Assembly: GCA_042408445.1 (NCBI GenBank)
Contig: JBHORC010000024.1
Coordinates: 44,092-108,091, forward strand
Source: Chloroflexota bacterium
GTDB lineage: Bacteria; Chloroflexota; Limnocylindria; Limnocylindrales; CSP1-4
Direction of reading: 5' to 3'
Length of the DNA stretch: 64,000 nucleotides
Each line of letters begins with the position of its first letter. The first letter of the stretch is position 1. The notes beneath the pieces are model-generated. The model was given only the letters and a program-made list of their open reading frames with translations. It was not told where the DNA came from and ran no database searches. The position numbers and the translations under genes were made by a program. Shown in pieces: positions 19,648-30,147 of this stretch.

Positions 19648-22059
19648 ATGGCAACCGACGTCCAGGACGTCCTCGGCGCACCGGTCAAGCGGGTCGAGGA
19701 TCCAAGGTTCATCACCGGCCAGGGCCGCTATCTCGACGACATCAAGCTCACCGGGATGACCCATCTGGCCATCCTCCGCAGCCCGTACGCCCACGCCAAC
19801 ATCCGCTCGGTCGACACGTCGGCGGCGAAGACGATGCCGGGCGTGCTAGCGGTGATCGTCGGCGCGGACATCCCGTACAACCCGCTGCCGATGGCCTGGC
19901 CGGCCGGCGGCGCGTCGGGGATCACGAACAACGTCAGCACGCCACGGGTGCTCGCGACGGACGGCGTCAAGTGGACCGGCGAGGGCGTCGCCGCAGTCGT
20001 GGCGGAGACGGAGGCCCAGGCGATCGACGCGCTGGAGCGGATCCAGGTCGACTGGGAGCCGCTGCCCGCGGTGGTCGACGCCGAGAAGGCGACCCAGCCG
20101 GGCGCACCTCAGCTCCACGACAACGCCCCGAACAACGAGGTGTTCACCTGGACCGTCGGTGACAAGGACGGGACCGACAAGGCGTTCGAGGGCGCCGAGG
20201 TCGTCGTCCGCCAGCGGCTCGTCAACCACCGCCTGATCCCGAACCCGATGGAGGTCCGGGGCGACATCGGCTGGTACAACCCGGGCACCGACGAGTACAC
20301 GATCTGGATGTCGAGCCAGACGCCGCACATCCAGCGGCTCCTCGTCGGGATCTTCACGATGGGGATCCCGGAGCACAAGCTCCGCTGCATCAGCCCCGAC
20401 GTCGGCGGCGCGTTCGGCTCGAAGATCTTCTGCTACGCCGACATGGCCCTCGTCCTGTTCGCGAGCAAGGCGATCGGCGGCCGGCCGGTGAAGTGGGTCG
20501 AGAGCCGGACGGAGAACTACCAGTCGACGATCCACGGCCGCGACCACATCACGTACGTCGAGGTGGCCGGCAAGCGGGACGGCGAGGTCACCGGGCTGCG
20601 CGTCAAGACGTACGCCAACCTCGGCGGCCGGCTGTCGACGATCGGCCCAGGCATCCCGACGACCCTCTACGGACGCGTCCTGTCCGGCTGCTACAAGATC
20701 CCGAACGTCTTCGCCGAGGTGACGGGCGTGTACACGAACACCACGTTCGTGGACGCGTATCGCGGCGCCGGCCGGCCGGAGGCGACCTACGTGGTCGAGC
20801 GGGCGATGGACCTGTTCGCCAACGAGATCGGGATGGACAAGGCGGCGATCCGCCGCAAGAACTTCATTCCGCCGGACGCGTTCCCGTACGACAACCCGTC
20901 CGGGCTCGGGACGGCCGTCAACGGCGAGAAGATCTACATCGACTCCGGCAACTACGAGCCGGCCCTGAACAAGGCGCTCATCGCCGCCGGGTACGAGAAC
21001 CTCGACGCCGCCCGGGCCGAGGCGAAGGGCCGCGGCAAGCTCCTCGGCATGGGCCTCAGCACCTACATCGAGGTGTGTGGCGTCGCGCCGTCGAAGTGGA
21101 TCGGCGCGGTCGGCGAGGGCTGGGGCGCCGCGATGTGGGAGTCGGCGAACGTCAAGGTCCACCTGACGGGCAAGATCATCGTCACGGTCGGCACCCAGCC
21201 CCAGGGCCAGGGCCACGAGACGACCTACAGCCAGATCATCAGCCACGAGCTCGGCGTTCCGATGGAGGACATCGTCATCCAGCACTCGGACACGCAGGGA
21301 ACCCCGTTCGGCTACGGCTCGTACGGCAGCCGGACGTCCTCGGTCGGCTCCACCGCTGCGATCAAGGCCGCCGACAAGGTCCGCGAGAAGGCGCGTCGCT
21401 ACGCGGCCCACATGCTCGAGGCCTCCCCGGACGACATCGAGGTCATCGGCGCGGAGTACCGGGTGAAGGGTTCGCCGGAGAAGAAGAAGACGCTCCAGGA
21501 GATCGCCTTCGCGCTGGACCTGGGGTTCAGCCTGCCAGCCGGCATGGAGCCGTATCTCGACGAGACGGCCTACTACGACACGCCGAACTGCACGTGGCCG
21601 TTCGGGACCCACATTGCGATCGTCGAGATCGACGAGGAGACCGGCGAGACCGAGCTGAAGCGGTACATCGCGGTCGACGACGTCGGCAAGAAGATCAACC
21701 CGCTCATCGTCGACGGCCAGCTCCACGGCGGGATCGCCCAGGGCGTCGGCCAGGCGCTGTGGGAGCAGGCGGTCTACAGCGACGACGGCCAGCTCCTGTC
21801 CGGCTCGATGATGGACTACGCCCTGCCGCGCGCGTCGTGGCTGCCGAACTTCGAGCTCGACGAGACGGTGACGCCGTCGCCCGTCAACCCGATCGGCGTG
21901 AAGGGCGTGGGCGAGGCCGGCTGCATCGCCTCGACCGCAGCCGTCGCGAACGCCGTCAACGACGCGCTCGCTCCGCTCGGGATCCGCCATCTCGACATGC
22001 CCTTCACCTCCCAGACGGTGTGGCGGGCGATCCAGTCCGCGAAGGGAGCCCAGGCATGA
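19648..22059 (+). CDS. coxL: Carbon monoxide dehydrogenase large subunit, molybdopterin; form II (AYRGAGR active-site loop)
   Basis: Xanthine dehydrogenase-family Mo subunit. Active-site loop VDAYRGAGRPEAT characteristic of form II/putative CODH. S-L-M gene order. Confidence 0.9.
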   Translation: MATDVQDVLGAPVKRVEDPRFITGQGRYLDDIKLTGMTHLAILRSPYAHANIRSVDTSAAKTMPGVLAVIVGADIPYNPLPMAWPAGGASGITNNVSTPRVLATDGVKWTGEGVAAVVAETEAQAIDALERIQVDWEPLPAVVDAEKATQPGAPQLHDNAPNNEVFTWTVGDKDGTDKAFEGAEVVVRQRLVNHRLIPNPMEVRGDIGWYNPGTDEYTIWMSSQTPHIQRLLVGIFTMGIPEHKLRCISPDVGGAFGSKIFCYADMALVLFASKAIGGRPVKWVESRTENYQSTIHGRDHITYVEVAGKRDGEVTGLRVKTYANLGGRLSTIGPGIPTTLYGRVLSGCYKIPNVFAEVTGVYTNTTFVDAYRGAGRPEATYVVERAMDLFANEIGMDKAAIRRKNFIPPDAFPYDNPSGLGTAVNGEKIYIDSGNYEPALNKALIAAGYENLDAARAEAKGRGKLLGMGLSTYIEVCGVAPSKWIGAVGEGWGAAMWESANVKVHLTGKIIVTVGTQPQGQGHETTYSQIISHELGVPMEDIVIQHSDTQGTPFGYGSYGSRTSSVGSTAAIKAADKVREKARRYAAHMLEASPDDIEVIGAEYRVKGSPEKKKTLQEIAFALDLGFSLPAGMEPYLDETAYYDTPNCTWPFGTHIAIVEIDEETGETELKRYIAVDDVGKKINPLIVDGQLHGGIAQGVGQALWEQAVYSDDGQLLSGSMMDYALPRASWLPNFELDETVTPSPVNPIGVKGVGEAGCIASTAAVANAVNDALAPLGIRHLDMPFTSQTVWRAIQSAKGAQA

Positions 22060-22913
22060 TCCCGAACGCGTTCGACTACCAGCGGGCGGCGTCGCTCGAG
22101 GAGGCGCTGAGCCTCGTCGGGACGCCCGGGACGAAGGTCATCGCCGGCGGGATGAGCCTCCTGCCACTGATGAAGCTCCGCCTCGCGAGCCCGGACCGGC
22201 TCGTCGACATCGGCCGGCTCGCCGAGCTGCGCGGCGTTCGCCAGCTCGGCGACGGACGCCTCGCCGTCGGCGCATTGACGACGTACAGCGAGCTGATGGA
22301 GTCACCCGCCCGCCACTACGGGCTCCTCGCGGATGCCCTGCCGGACATCGGCGACGTCCAGGTCCGCAACCGCGGGACCGTCGGCGGCGCGATCGCCCAC
22401 TGCGATCCGGCGTCGGACCTGCCGGCGGTCCTGCTCGCCCTCGATGCCGAGATCGTCGCCCGATCGAAGCGCGGCGAGCGGGTCATCGCGGCCGACGGAT
22501 TCTTCGTCGGCGCCTTCCAGACCGCCCTTGCCGAGGACGAGATCGTCACCGAGATCCGGCTCCCGGGTCCGCGCGACGACGCCGGGTCCGCCTTTGTCTC
22601 GATGAGCCAGAAGGCATCGGGGTATTCGATCGTCGGCGTCGCCGCGGTCGTGATCAAGGAGGGCGGGAGCGCGATCACCAAGGCGGCGATCGCCCTCACG
22701 GGCGTCGGCGAGATGCCGTACCGCGCTCGGGCCGTCGAGGCCGCGCTCCTCGGAAACGAGGGAACGGCCGAGGCGATCGCGGCGGCGGCGGCCCACGCGA
22801 CCGACGGGGTCACGGTCAACGGCGACATCCACGCGGACAGCGCCTACCGAGCCGCGATGGCCGCCGTCTACGCGCGACGGGCGATCGCGGCGGCGCTCGA
22901 GCGGCTCGGCTGA
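22056..22913 (+). CDS. coxM: Carbon monoxide dehydrogenase medium subunit, FAD-binding; form II
   Basis: FAD-binding CO_dh_flav domain (MIPNAFDYQRAASLEEAL..., VIAGGMSLLPLMKLRL). ATGA overlap with coxL. Confidence 0.85.
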   Translation: MIPNAFDYQRAASLEEALSLVGTPGTKVIAGGMSLLPLMKLRLASPDRLVDIGRLAELRGVRQLGDGRLAVGALTTYSELMESPARHYGLLADALPDIGDVQVRNRGTVGGAIAHCDPASDLPAVLLALDAEIVARSKRGERVIAADGFFVGAFQTALAEDEIVTEIRLPGPRDDAGSAFVSMSQKASGYSIVGVAAVVIKEGGSAITKAAIALTGVGEMPYRARAVEAALLGNEGTAEAIAAAAAHATDGVTVNGDIHADSAYRAAMAAVYARRAIAAALERLG

Positions 22914-22959
22914 CCTGGTCGGGCGTCCCGGGTTCCCGATCGCCTCGCGCTGACGGAGG

Positions 22960-24018
22960 GTGCGCCTCGAGCGGCTGACGCCTGGCGTTCGACCGTCCGC
23001 AGAGCTGGTCGGCTCGGTCGTCGTCCGTGACCTCTTCGTCGGCGGCACGCGCTGGACGAAGGGGCGGCGACTCTCCGAGGCGGACCTGGACGCGTTCGAA
23101 CGCGACCCGCCGGCGGGTGTCGCCGACGTCACGGTGATCGTCCTCGGCCCGGCCGACCTCCACGAGGACGAGGCCGCGGAGCGACTCGCTGCGGCCGTCG
23201 CGGGGCCTGGCCTGGAGGCGCGTGGGCCCGTCCAGAGCCGCGTTGACCTGCTTGCGCGTGCCGCGGGCGTGCTCCACGTCCGCACGGCCGACCTCGAGCG
23301 CGTGAACCGGATCGACCCGCTCGAGGTGTTCACGCGGCTCGACGGCTCGATCGTCGCCGCGGGCGACCTGGTTGCGAGCGTCAAGGTTGCGCCGCACGTC
23401 GTCGAGGCGGAGGTCATCGCCCGGGGCGAGGCGATCGCCCGCGACGGGGCGCGACCGCTCGTGCACGTCGCGACCTTCCGGCCGATGCGCGTCGCGGTCG
23501 TCGTCAAGGAGACGCTCCGGGCGGCCGACCGCGCCCGGTTCGAGGCGACGGTTCGGGCGAAGGTGGAGAGCCTCGGCTCGACGATCCTCTCGATCGGTTA
23601 TGTCCCGGACGACGACGACGCGGTGCGTGCCGCGATCGCCGCGGTCACCACGGACGCGGCCGCGGGCTCCCGGGCGGACGTCGTCCTGACCGCCGGCGGC
23701 CGCTCGACCGATCCATCGGACCCGTTCTTCACGGCGATCGATGCGCTCCGCGGCACGGTCATCCGGCACGGCGTGCCGGCCCATCCCGGCTCGATGCTGT
23801 GGCTCGCGCGGATCGGCCGAACCGCGGTGATGGGCCTGCCGACCTGTGGCGCGTATTCGAAGGCGACGGCTGCGGACCTGCTCCTGCCGCGGCTGCTCAC
23901 CGGCGAGCCGCCGACGCTCCGGACCGTGTCCCATCTCGGTCATGGCGGCGTCCTGACCCGCGAGATGCGGTTCCGCTTCCCGGCCTACGCGCGGGAGCTC
24001 GACGCGCCCGACGGCTGA
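22960..24018 (+). CDS. Molybdopterin-binding (MoCF_biosynth/CinA-MoeA-like) domain protein
   Basis: C-terminal VVLTAGGRSTDPSDP...LPTCGAYSK MoCF-binding fold. Start uncertain. Confidence 0.55.
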   Translation: MRLERLTPGVRPSAELVGSVVVRDLFVGGTRWTKGRRLSEADLDAFERDPPAGVADVTVIVLGPADLHEDEAAERLAAAVAGPGLEARGPVQSRVDLLARAAGVLHVRTADLERVNRIDPLEVFTRLDGSIVAAGDLVASVKVAPHVVEAEVIARGEAIARDGARPLVHVATFRPMRVAVVVKETLRAADRARFEATVRAKVESLGSTILSIGYVPDDDDAVRAAIAAVTTDAAAGSRADVVLTAGGRSTDPSDPFFTAIDALRGTVIRHGVPAHPGSMLWLARIGRTAVMGLPTCGAYSKATAADLLLPRLLTGEPPTLRTVSHLGHGGVLTREMRFRFPAYARELDAPDG

Positions 24019-24120
24019 GGCGAGAGACGCGGCCGCGGCCCGCGCCGAGGTGCTCTGCGCCCGGTCCGTGGCGGTCCCGCGGAGGGGCCTGACGCCGGAA
24101 CGACGTATCCTCCTGACCGC

Positions 24121-26538
24121 ATGTCGATGGTCGCCGTCAGCCCTCCCATGGCCGCCTGGCCGGATGCCGCCCTGCCGCAGGTCGACCCGGTCTTCGTCGG
24201 CCGCGAGGCGTTCGCCACCGAGCTCCTGGAGCAGCTCCGGAGCGGTCCGACGCGGGCCATCCTGCTCAGCGGGCTCGGTGGGGTGGGGAAGACCCGCCTC
24301 GCGCTCGAGGTCGCCCATCGAATCGCGCCGGCCTTCGACGGCCGCGTCGCCTGGATCCCGCTGACGCAGGCCGTTCGTGGGGGCGGCCTCGCCCCGGCGA
24401 TTGCCGCCGGGCTGGGACTCGGCGAGGGCCGCCGGGATCACCTTGCCGAGGCGCTCTCGCAGGCGATCGGCGACGCGCCGACGCTGCTCGTGCTCGACAG
24501 CGCGGAGACGGCGCTCCACGACCTCGGGCTCGTGGACGAGCTGCTCCGACTCGCGCCGCCGCTTCGGGTCCTCGTGACGTCGCGGATCGCCGCGGAGCGT
24601 CAGGGGATGGACACCCGGGTCGTCGAGGCGCTGGACGTGCCGACCGAGTCGGACGACGCAGCGACCGTCGCCGCAAGCCCGGCGGTCGAGCTGCTCCTGG
24701 ACCGCGCAGCCCGGGCGGGTGTCGAGATCGCGATCACGGATCGGACCGCGCCGGCGATCGCCCGGCTCGTCGGCCGTCTCGATGGCCTGCCGCTTGCCCT
24801 TGAGCTTGCGGCGCCGCTGCTGAAGAGCCTGCCGCCGCACCGCCTCGTGACGCGGATCGGCGAGCGACTCGACCCCGTCCTCGCGACGATCGAGTGGAGC
24901 CACGATCAGCTCGGCCCCGACGATCGGCGGCTCTACCGCCGCCTCGCCGTGTTCGGCGTGCCCTTCCGCGCTCGACACGTTCGAACGTTCGGGGAGCGGG
25001 CCCTCACCCATGGGCTCTCGGCGTTCGAGCCCGACATCGCCGCCGGTCTGGAGCGACTCGCCGCTGCGGGCCTCGTCCGTGCTCGACCGGACGAGCTCGG
25101 GGTGGACCCGGCAACCGGCCCCGATGATCCCCGCGGAAGCGGTGTTCGCGAGTACGAGCTGCCGGCGCTGATCCGCGAGGATGCGCTGCGACGGCTCGAG
25201 GCGAGCGGCGAGGCCACGGCGGCCCTGTGGGCACGCGCGAACGATCTCCTCGCCCTCTGCGAGGTGTCACACGACGAGCTCGAGGTGAGCTCGCGGCGCG
25301 ACCTCCTCGACCAGCTCGACATCGTCCACGACGACCTCGTCGCCGTCCTCGATCGCGCCCGCGCCGCCGGCCAGGGAGCGTTCATGCTGCGGATGGCGGG
25401 CGCCCTTGCGGAGTACTGGCGCGCCCGTGGTCGTCTCGCCGAGGGACGCCTCTGGCTCGACATGGCGCTCCGGATCGGACCACAGGATCGGACGCCCGAG
25501 CGGGCGCGGGCGCTCCACGGCGCCGGAATGCTCGCCAACTGGCAGAGCGACTTCGGACGCGCCCGGGCGGAGCTCGAGGAGGCGCTCGCGATCCGGCTCG
25601 AGCTCGGTCGGGAAGCGGAGGCGGCCGCGACCCTGAACCAGCTCGGGCTGATCGGCCTGGTCACGGGCGAGCTCGCGGTTGCCGAGGCGTGGTGCCGGCG
25701 CGGGCTCGAGATCCGTCGACGCCTCGGGGACGAGTCGACGATCGCCGCATCGCTCAACACGCTCGGCGGGATCCTCCAGTTCGGCGGCCGCTGGGAGGAG
25801 GCCCGCGAGATGTTCGAGGAGAGCCTGGCGATCCGCCGGCGGCTCGGCGACGAGGCGGGCGCGTCCGTCTCCCTGGCCAATCTCGCGCTCGTCGCCCGCG
25901 ATGCCCGCGACCTGGTCGGTGCCGAAGCGATGCTGCGCGAGGCCAAGGCGACCCGCGAGCGACTCGCCGACCGCCAGCGCGTCGCGGTGGTCCGCCACAA
26001 CCTCGCGCTCGTCCTCTTCGATCGCGGCGACCTCGAGGGAGCGCGGGCGGAGCTCGAGGCCGCGATCGAGACGTCGCGCGAGCTGGGCGACCGGCTGGAG
26101 CTGTCAAACGCGCTGTCCGATCTCGGGTTCGTCGAGGCGAACGCCGGGCGGCTCGATCGGGCCGCCGAGCTCCAGGCCGACGCGCTCGGCGTCGCGGCCC
26201 GGATCGGCGCGAAGGGGATCGTTGCCCAGGCGATCGATGGTGCGGCGGGCATCGTGTCGTTCCGTGGCGACCCACGAGCCGCCGCGCGGCTGTGGGCGGC
26301 CGCCGAGCGGATCCGCCGCGAGTCGCGGTACAAGATGCTCGTCGCCGACCGGCGGCGGGTCGAAGCGGAGATCGACGCTGCCCGGGCCGCCGTCGACGAC
26401 GCCAGCTGGCAGCAGGCGTGGACGGAAGGCAGCGACCTGTCGTTCGACGGCGCCGTCGAGCGGGCACGCGAGGCGATCGGGGCAGGCCCCGGTTTGACCG
26501 TTCACCCGGCTCGGGCGGCCGGTCAGGTCGCGGTGTAG
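24121..26538 (+). CDS. STAND-class NB-ARC NTPase with C-terminal TPR repeats (AfsR/SARP-like ATPase without a DNA-binding domain)
   Basis: P-loop GLGGVGKTRLAL, Walker B LLVLDSAE, then multiple TPR-like repeats. Confidence 0.7.
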   Translation: MSMVAVSPPMAAWPDAALPQVDPVFVGREAFATELLEQLRSGPTRAILLSGLGGVGKTRLALEVAHRIAPAFDGRVAWIPLTQAVRGGGLAPAIAAGLGLGEGRRDHLAEALSQAIGDAPTLLVLDSAETALHDLGLVDELLRLAPPLRVLVTSRIAAERQGMDTRVVEALDVPTESDDAATVAASPAVELLLDRAARAGVEIAITDRTAPAIARLVGRLDGLPLALELAAPLLKSLPPHRLVTRIGERLDPVLATIEWSHDQLGPDDRRLYRRLAVFGVPFRARHVRTFGERALTHGLSAFEPDIAAGLERLAAAGLVRARPDELGVDPATGPDDPRGSGVREYELPALIREDALRRLEASGEATAALWARANDLLALCEVSHDELEVSSRRDLLDQLDIVHDDLVAVLDRARAAGQGAFMLRMAGALAEYWRARGRLAEGRLWLDMALRIGPQDRTPERARALHGAGMLANWQSDFGRARAELEEALAIRLELGREAEAAATLNQLGLIGLVTGELAVAEAWCRRGLEIRRRLGDESTIAASLNTLGGILQFGGRWEEAREMFEESLAIRRRLGDEAGASVSLANLALVARDARDLVGAEAMLREAKATRERLADRQRVAVVRHNLALVLFDRGDLEGARAELEAAIETSRELGDRLELSNALSDLGFVEANAGRLDRAAELQADALGVAARIGAKGIVAQAIDGAAGIVSFRGDPRAAARLWAAAERIRRESRYKMLVADRRRVEAEIDAARAAVDDASWQQAWTEGSDLSFDGAVERAREAIGAGPGLTVHPARAAGQVAV

Positions 26539-26571
26539 GATCGCCGCCATGTCCCGAATCCGCGTCGCCCG

Positions 26572-27453
26572 ATGACCCTGCCCGCCGGCGAAACCGCCTC
26601 GGCCGACGGCGCCCGCGAGGGATCGCCGGCCACCGCGCTCGAGAGCGTCGACGCGATCGTCGCCCGGTTCCGTGAGCGCGACTACGTCTCCGACCGATCC
26701 CTCGCGACCGCCGTCTTCCTCGCCCTCCGCCTGGGCCGGCCGCTCCTCCTCGAGGGCGAGGCCGGGGTCGGCAAGACGGAGCTGGCCAAGGTCCTCGCGG
26801 CCTCGCTCGGCGCCCGGCTGATCCGCCTCCAGTGCTACGAGGGGCTGGACGTCAATGCCGCGGTCTACGAGTGGAACTACCCGCGCCAGATGCTGGAGAT
26901 CCGGCTGCTCGAGGCGCGCGGCGAGGCGGATCGCGCGAACGCCCACGACATCTTCGGGCCGGATTTCCTGATCCGGCGACCGCTCCTGCAGGCGCTCGAG
27001 GCGGACGCATCCGGTGAGCCGCCGGTCCTGCTCATCGACGAGATCGACCGGGCTGACGAGGAGTTCGAGGCGTACCTCCTCGAGATCCTCTCGGACTTCC
27101 AGGTGACGGTCCCCGAGATCGGCACGATCAAGGCGGCCCGGCCCCCGCGGGTGATCCTGACGTCGAACCGGACGCGCGAGGTCCATGACGCCCTGAAGCG
27201 CCGCTGCCTCTACCACTGGATCGACTACCCGACGGCGCAGAAGGAATTCGAGATCGTCCTCGCCCGCGTCCCCGAGGCACCGGAGCGGCTGGCGCGCGAG
27301 GTCGTCGGCTTCGTCCATCGCCTCCGGGAGGCCGACCTGACGAAGGTGCCCGGGATCGCGGAGACCCTCGACTGGGCGGCGGCCCTGCTGTCGCTCGGCT
27401 CGCGTGAGCTGACCGGCGAGGTGGTCGACGAGACGCTCGGCGTCGTCCTCTAG
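26572..27453 (+). CDS. coxD: MoxR-family AAA+ ATPase, CoxD-like CODH maturation factor
   Basis: Walker A GEAGVGKTELAK, Walker B LLIDEIDRA, MoxR-type length. Ends at TAG followed by an in-frame 24-codon open stretch. Confidence 0.8.
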   Translation: MTLPAGETASADGAREGSPATALESVDAIVARFRERDYVSDRSLATAVFLALRLGRPLLLEGEAGVGKTELAKVLAASLGARLIRLQCYEGLDVNAAVYEWNYPRQMLEIRLLEARGEADRANAHDIFGPDFLIRRPLLQALEADASGEPPVLLIDEIDRADEEFEAYLLEILSDFQVTVPEIGTIKAARPPRVILTSNRTREVHDALKRRCLYHWIDYPTAQKEFEIVLARVPEAPERLAREVVGFVHRLREADLTKVPGIAETLDWAAALLSLGSRELTGEVVDETLGVVL

Positions 27454-27551
27454 TACGAGGAGGACATCCGGCGGGTCCGCGGCGACACGGCCCGGACCTA
27501 CCTCGCCGAGGCGAGCGCGACCGCCTGACGGCGGCGGCTCGAGATCGCGGA

Positions 27552-28967
27552 GTGACCGCGCCGCGCGACCCGAACGACCCGGCGATCGTCCGCGCGCCCT
27601 GGGGACCGGAGGTGGACGGCCGCCGCCTGCTTGCCGAGTCGGTCGGCTTCGGACGGGCGCTTCGCGCCGCCGGGCTGGCGACGGATCTTGGCGCCGCCGC
27701 GGACTTCGCCCGGGCGCTGACCTGCATCGAGATGGGCGAGCGCGACACGGTCCGAGCCGCCGGGGAAGCGGTCTTCGTCCGCCGTCGCGACGATCGCGAG
27801 GTCTACGACCGCGTCTTTGCCCGCTGGTGGCGGAAGCGCGGCCGGAAGCGACCGATGACGGACGGCCCGGCCGTGCCGACGACGGACGAGAGCGCCCCGG
27901 ACGCCGAGGACGGCGTCGGCACGCCGGCCGGCGAGGAAGGCACGATCGGCGACGACCCGAACCGGATCGACGGCATCCCGATGCCGATCGCGGGCGACGA
28001 GGACGACGACTCCGAGGTCGACGGGATCATCGCCGCGCCGACCGCCTATTCCTCCAGCGAGCTGCTCCGTCACCGCGACTTCGACCGGATGACCGCGGCC
28101 GAGCTGCGGGACGCCGAGCGGCTCGTCGACCTGCTGGAGCCGCGCCTCGAGATGCGCCGGACGCGGCGATACGAGCTGCATCATCACGGCCGCCTCCTCG
28201 CGCCGCGGACGATGCTTCGACGGAACATCGCCACGGGCGGCCAGTTCACCGAATGGATCTGGCGCCGACCCACGAAGCGGCCCCGTCAGATCGTCGTCCT
28301 GTGCGACATCTCCGGCTCGATGGAGCGCCACTCGCGGCTGCTGCTCCGGTTCGTCCAGGCGCTCTCCGCGGCGTCATCGGTCAAGACGGAGTCGTTCGTG
28401 TTCGGGACGCGCCTGACCCGGGTGACGCGCCTGCTCCGCGATCGCGATCGGGATCGTGCCCTCGCCCGGATCGCCGACAGCGTCAACGACTGGGCCGGCG
28501 GGACGCGGATCGGCGAGTCGTTCCGCGACTTCAACCGGACGTGGGCGCGGCGGACGCTACGCACGAGCGGCATCGTGATCATCGTGTCCGACGGATGGGA
28601 CCGCGGCGACCCGGCGCTCGTGGCGACCGAAACGGCACGCCTTCGCCGGAACTGCCATCGCCTCGTCTGGCTCAACCCGCTGGCGGGCACGCCGGGCTAC
28701 GAGCCGCTCGCCGGCGGGATGCGCGCCGCGCTGCCGTACATCGACGACTTCGTCCCGGCGGGGACCGTGGCCAGCCTCGAGCGGCTCGGCGAGATCCTGG
28801 CGGGGATCCGGTCCAGCGACGTCCGGCGCGGCGGTGAGGCCGCGGCGTCCGCCGACGCCGGCGAGCGCCCGTCCAGCCAGGCGATCCGATCGGCCGCGCC
28901 GCCCCCGCCGCTCGATCTCGGGGCGGTGGATCCGGCTGCCGCGCGGCCCTTGACGCAGCGGACGTAA
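27552..28967 (+). CDS. coxE: VWA-domain protein, CoxE-like CODH maturation factor
   Basis: VWA/MIDAS motif VLCDISGSM. Adjacent to coxD. Confidence 0.7.
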   Translation: MTAPRDPNDPAIVRAPWGPEVDGRRLLAESVGFGRALRAAGLATDLGAAADFARALTCIEMGERDTVRAAGEAVFVRRRDDREVYDRVFARWWRKRGRKRPMTDGPAVPTTDESAPDAEDGVGTPAGEEGTIGDDPNRIDGIPMPIAGDEDDDSEVDGIIAAPTAYSSSELLRHRDFDRMTAAELRDAERLVDLLEPRLEMRRTRRYELHHHGRLLAPRTMLRRNIATGGQFTEWIWRRPTKRPRQIVVLCDISGSMERHSRLLLRFVQALSAASSVKTESFVFGTRLTRVTRLLRDRDRDRALARIADSVNDWAGGTRIGESFRDFNRTWARRTLRTSGIVIIVSDGWDRGDPALVATETARLRRNCHRLVWLNPLAGTPGYEPLAGGMRAALPYIDDFVPAGTVASLERLGEILAGIRSSDVRRGGEAAASADAGERPSSQAIRSAAPPPPLDLGAVDPAAARPLTQRT

Positions 28968-28986
28968 GCGGCGGAGGATCGGCCCG

Positions 28987-30111
28987 ATGAAGGAGCTCCT
29001 GGACCAGCTGGCCGACTGGAACGGACACGGGATCGGTGCCGGGCGGGCCGTGGTCGTCCGGACGTTCGGCAGCGCCCCGCGGCCGGAAGGCGCGGTCCTG
29101 ATCCGGGCAGACGATGGACGGATCGCCGGATCGGTGAGCGGTGGCTGCGTCGAGGGCGCCGCCGCGACGGAGATCGAGCGGGCGCGGGCGGACGGCAACA
29201 GCCGGGTGATCCGCTACGGGATCAGCGACGAGGAGGCGTGGGACGTCGGCCTCGCCTGCGGCGGGACGATCGACGTCCTGATCGAGCCCGTGGTCCCCGT
29301 CGAGGCCGCCGAGGGCGCCGCGCTCCGTGGCCGCGCCGTCGCCACGATCCTGCCGCCGGACGCCCCGCCATCGGGCTTCGGACGTCACGAGCCGGGTGAC
29401 GGCGCACCACCCCAGCCGCGGATCGTCGTCACGCCGGACGGGACGCTCTCCCGTTCCCTCGGCTCGGCCGAGGCGGACGAGGCGTTGCGCCGTGCCGCGA
29501 GCGACGCGCTGCTCCGCGGGACGTCCCGGACCGTGGCCATCGGCGACCGACAGGTGTTCATCGAGGCGTTTCCCGTCCGGCCGCGGCTCGTGATCGTGGG
29601 TGCCGTGGAGGTGGCTCGCTCACTCGCGGTCTTCGCCAGGGAGCTGGGGTACGAGGTCGCCGTGATCGACGGGCGCGCGTCATTCGCGACCCCCGAGCGC
29701 TTTCCGCCGGACCGGGTCGACCGGCTCGTCGTGGGCTGGCCGGACGAGGTGGCGGACGAGATCGGACTCGGTCCGGACGACGCGGTCGCCGTCCTGACCC
29801 ACGACGTCAAGTTCGACGAGCCGGCGATCGTCGAGGCGCTCCGCCGCGGCTGCCGCTACGTCGGCGCGGTCGGATCGCGCAAGACGCAGGGCGATCGACG
29901 CGAGCGGCTCCGCGAGGCGGGCGTCAGCGAGGAGGAGCTCGGCCGGCTCCGCGGCCCGGTCGGTCTCGACCTGGGCGGGCGGAACCCGTCGGAGACGGCG
30001 CTGGCGATCATCGGCGAGGTCGTTGCGGACCGATACGGCGGCTCGGGGCTGCCGCTCCACGCGATCGCCCGCGGGCAGCTCGGGGAGGCACTCGCGCCGG
30101 CTGCGTCCTGA
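28987..30111 (+). CDS. XdhC/CoxI-family molybdoenzyme maturation factor (CoxF-like)
   Basis: XdhC_CoxI N-terminal domain (VVRTFGSAPRPEGA...VSGGCVE) plus Rossmann-like XdhC_C (IVGAVEVARSLAVFA). Confidence 0.7.
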   Translation: MKELLDQLADWNGHGIGAGRAVVVRTFGSAPRPEGAVLIRADDGRIAGSVSGGCVEGAAATEIERARADGNSRVIRYGISDEEAWDVGLACGGTIDVLIEPVVPVEAAEGAALRGRAVATILPPDAPPSGFGRHEPGDGAPPQPRIVVTPDGTLSRSLGSAEADEALRRAASDALLRGTSRTVAIGDRQVFIEAFPVRPRLVIVGAVEVARSLAVFARELGYEVAVIDGRASFATPERFPPDRVDRLVVGWPDEVADEIGLGPDDAVAVLTHDVKFDEPAIVEALRRGCRYVGAVGSRKTQGDRRERLREAGVSEEELGRLRGPVGLDLGGRNPSETALAIIGEVVADRYGGSGLPLHAIARGQLGEALAPAAS

Positions 30112-30147
30112 TCGGCGACACCGGCCTGGTTCGCTCCGGAGCGGCCC

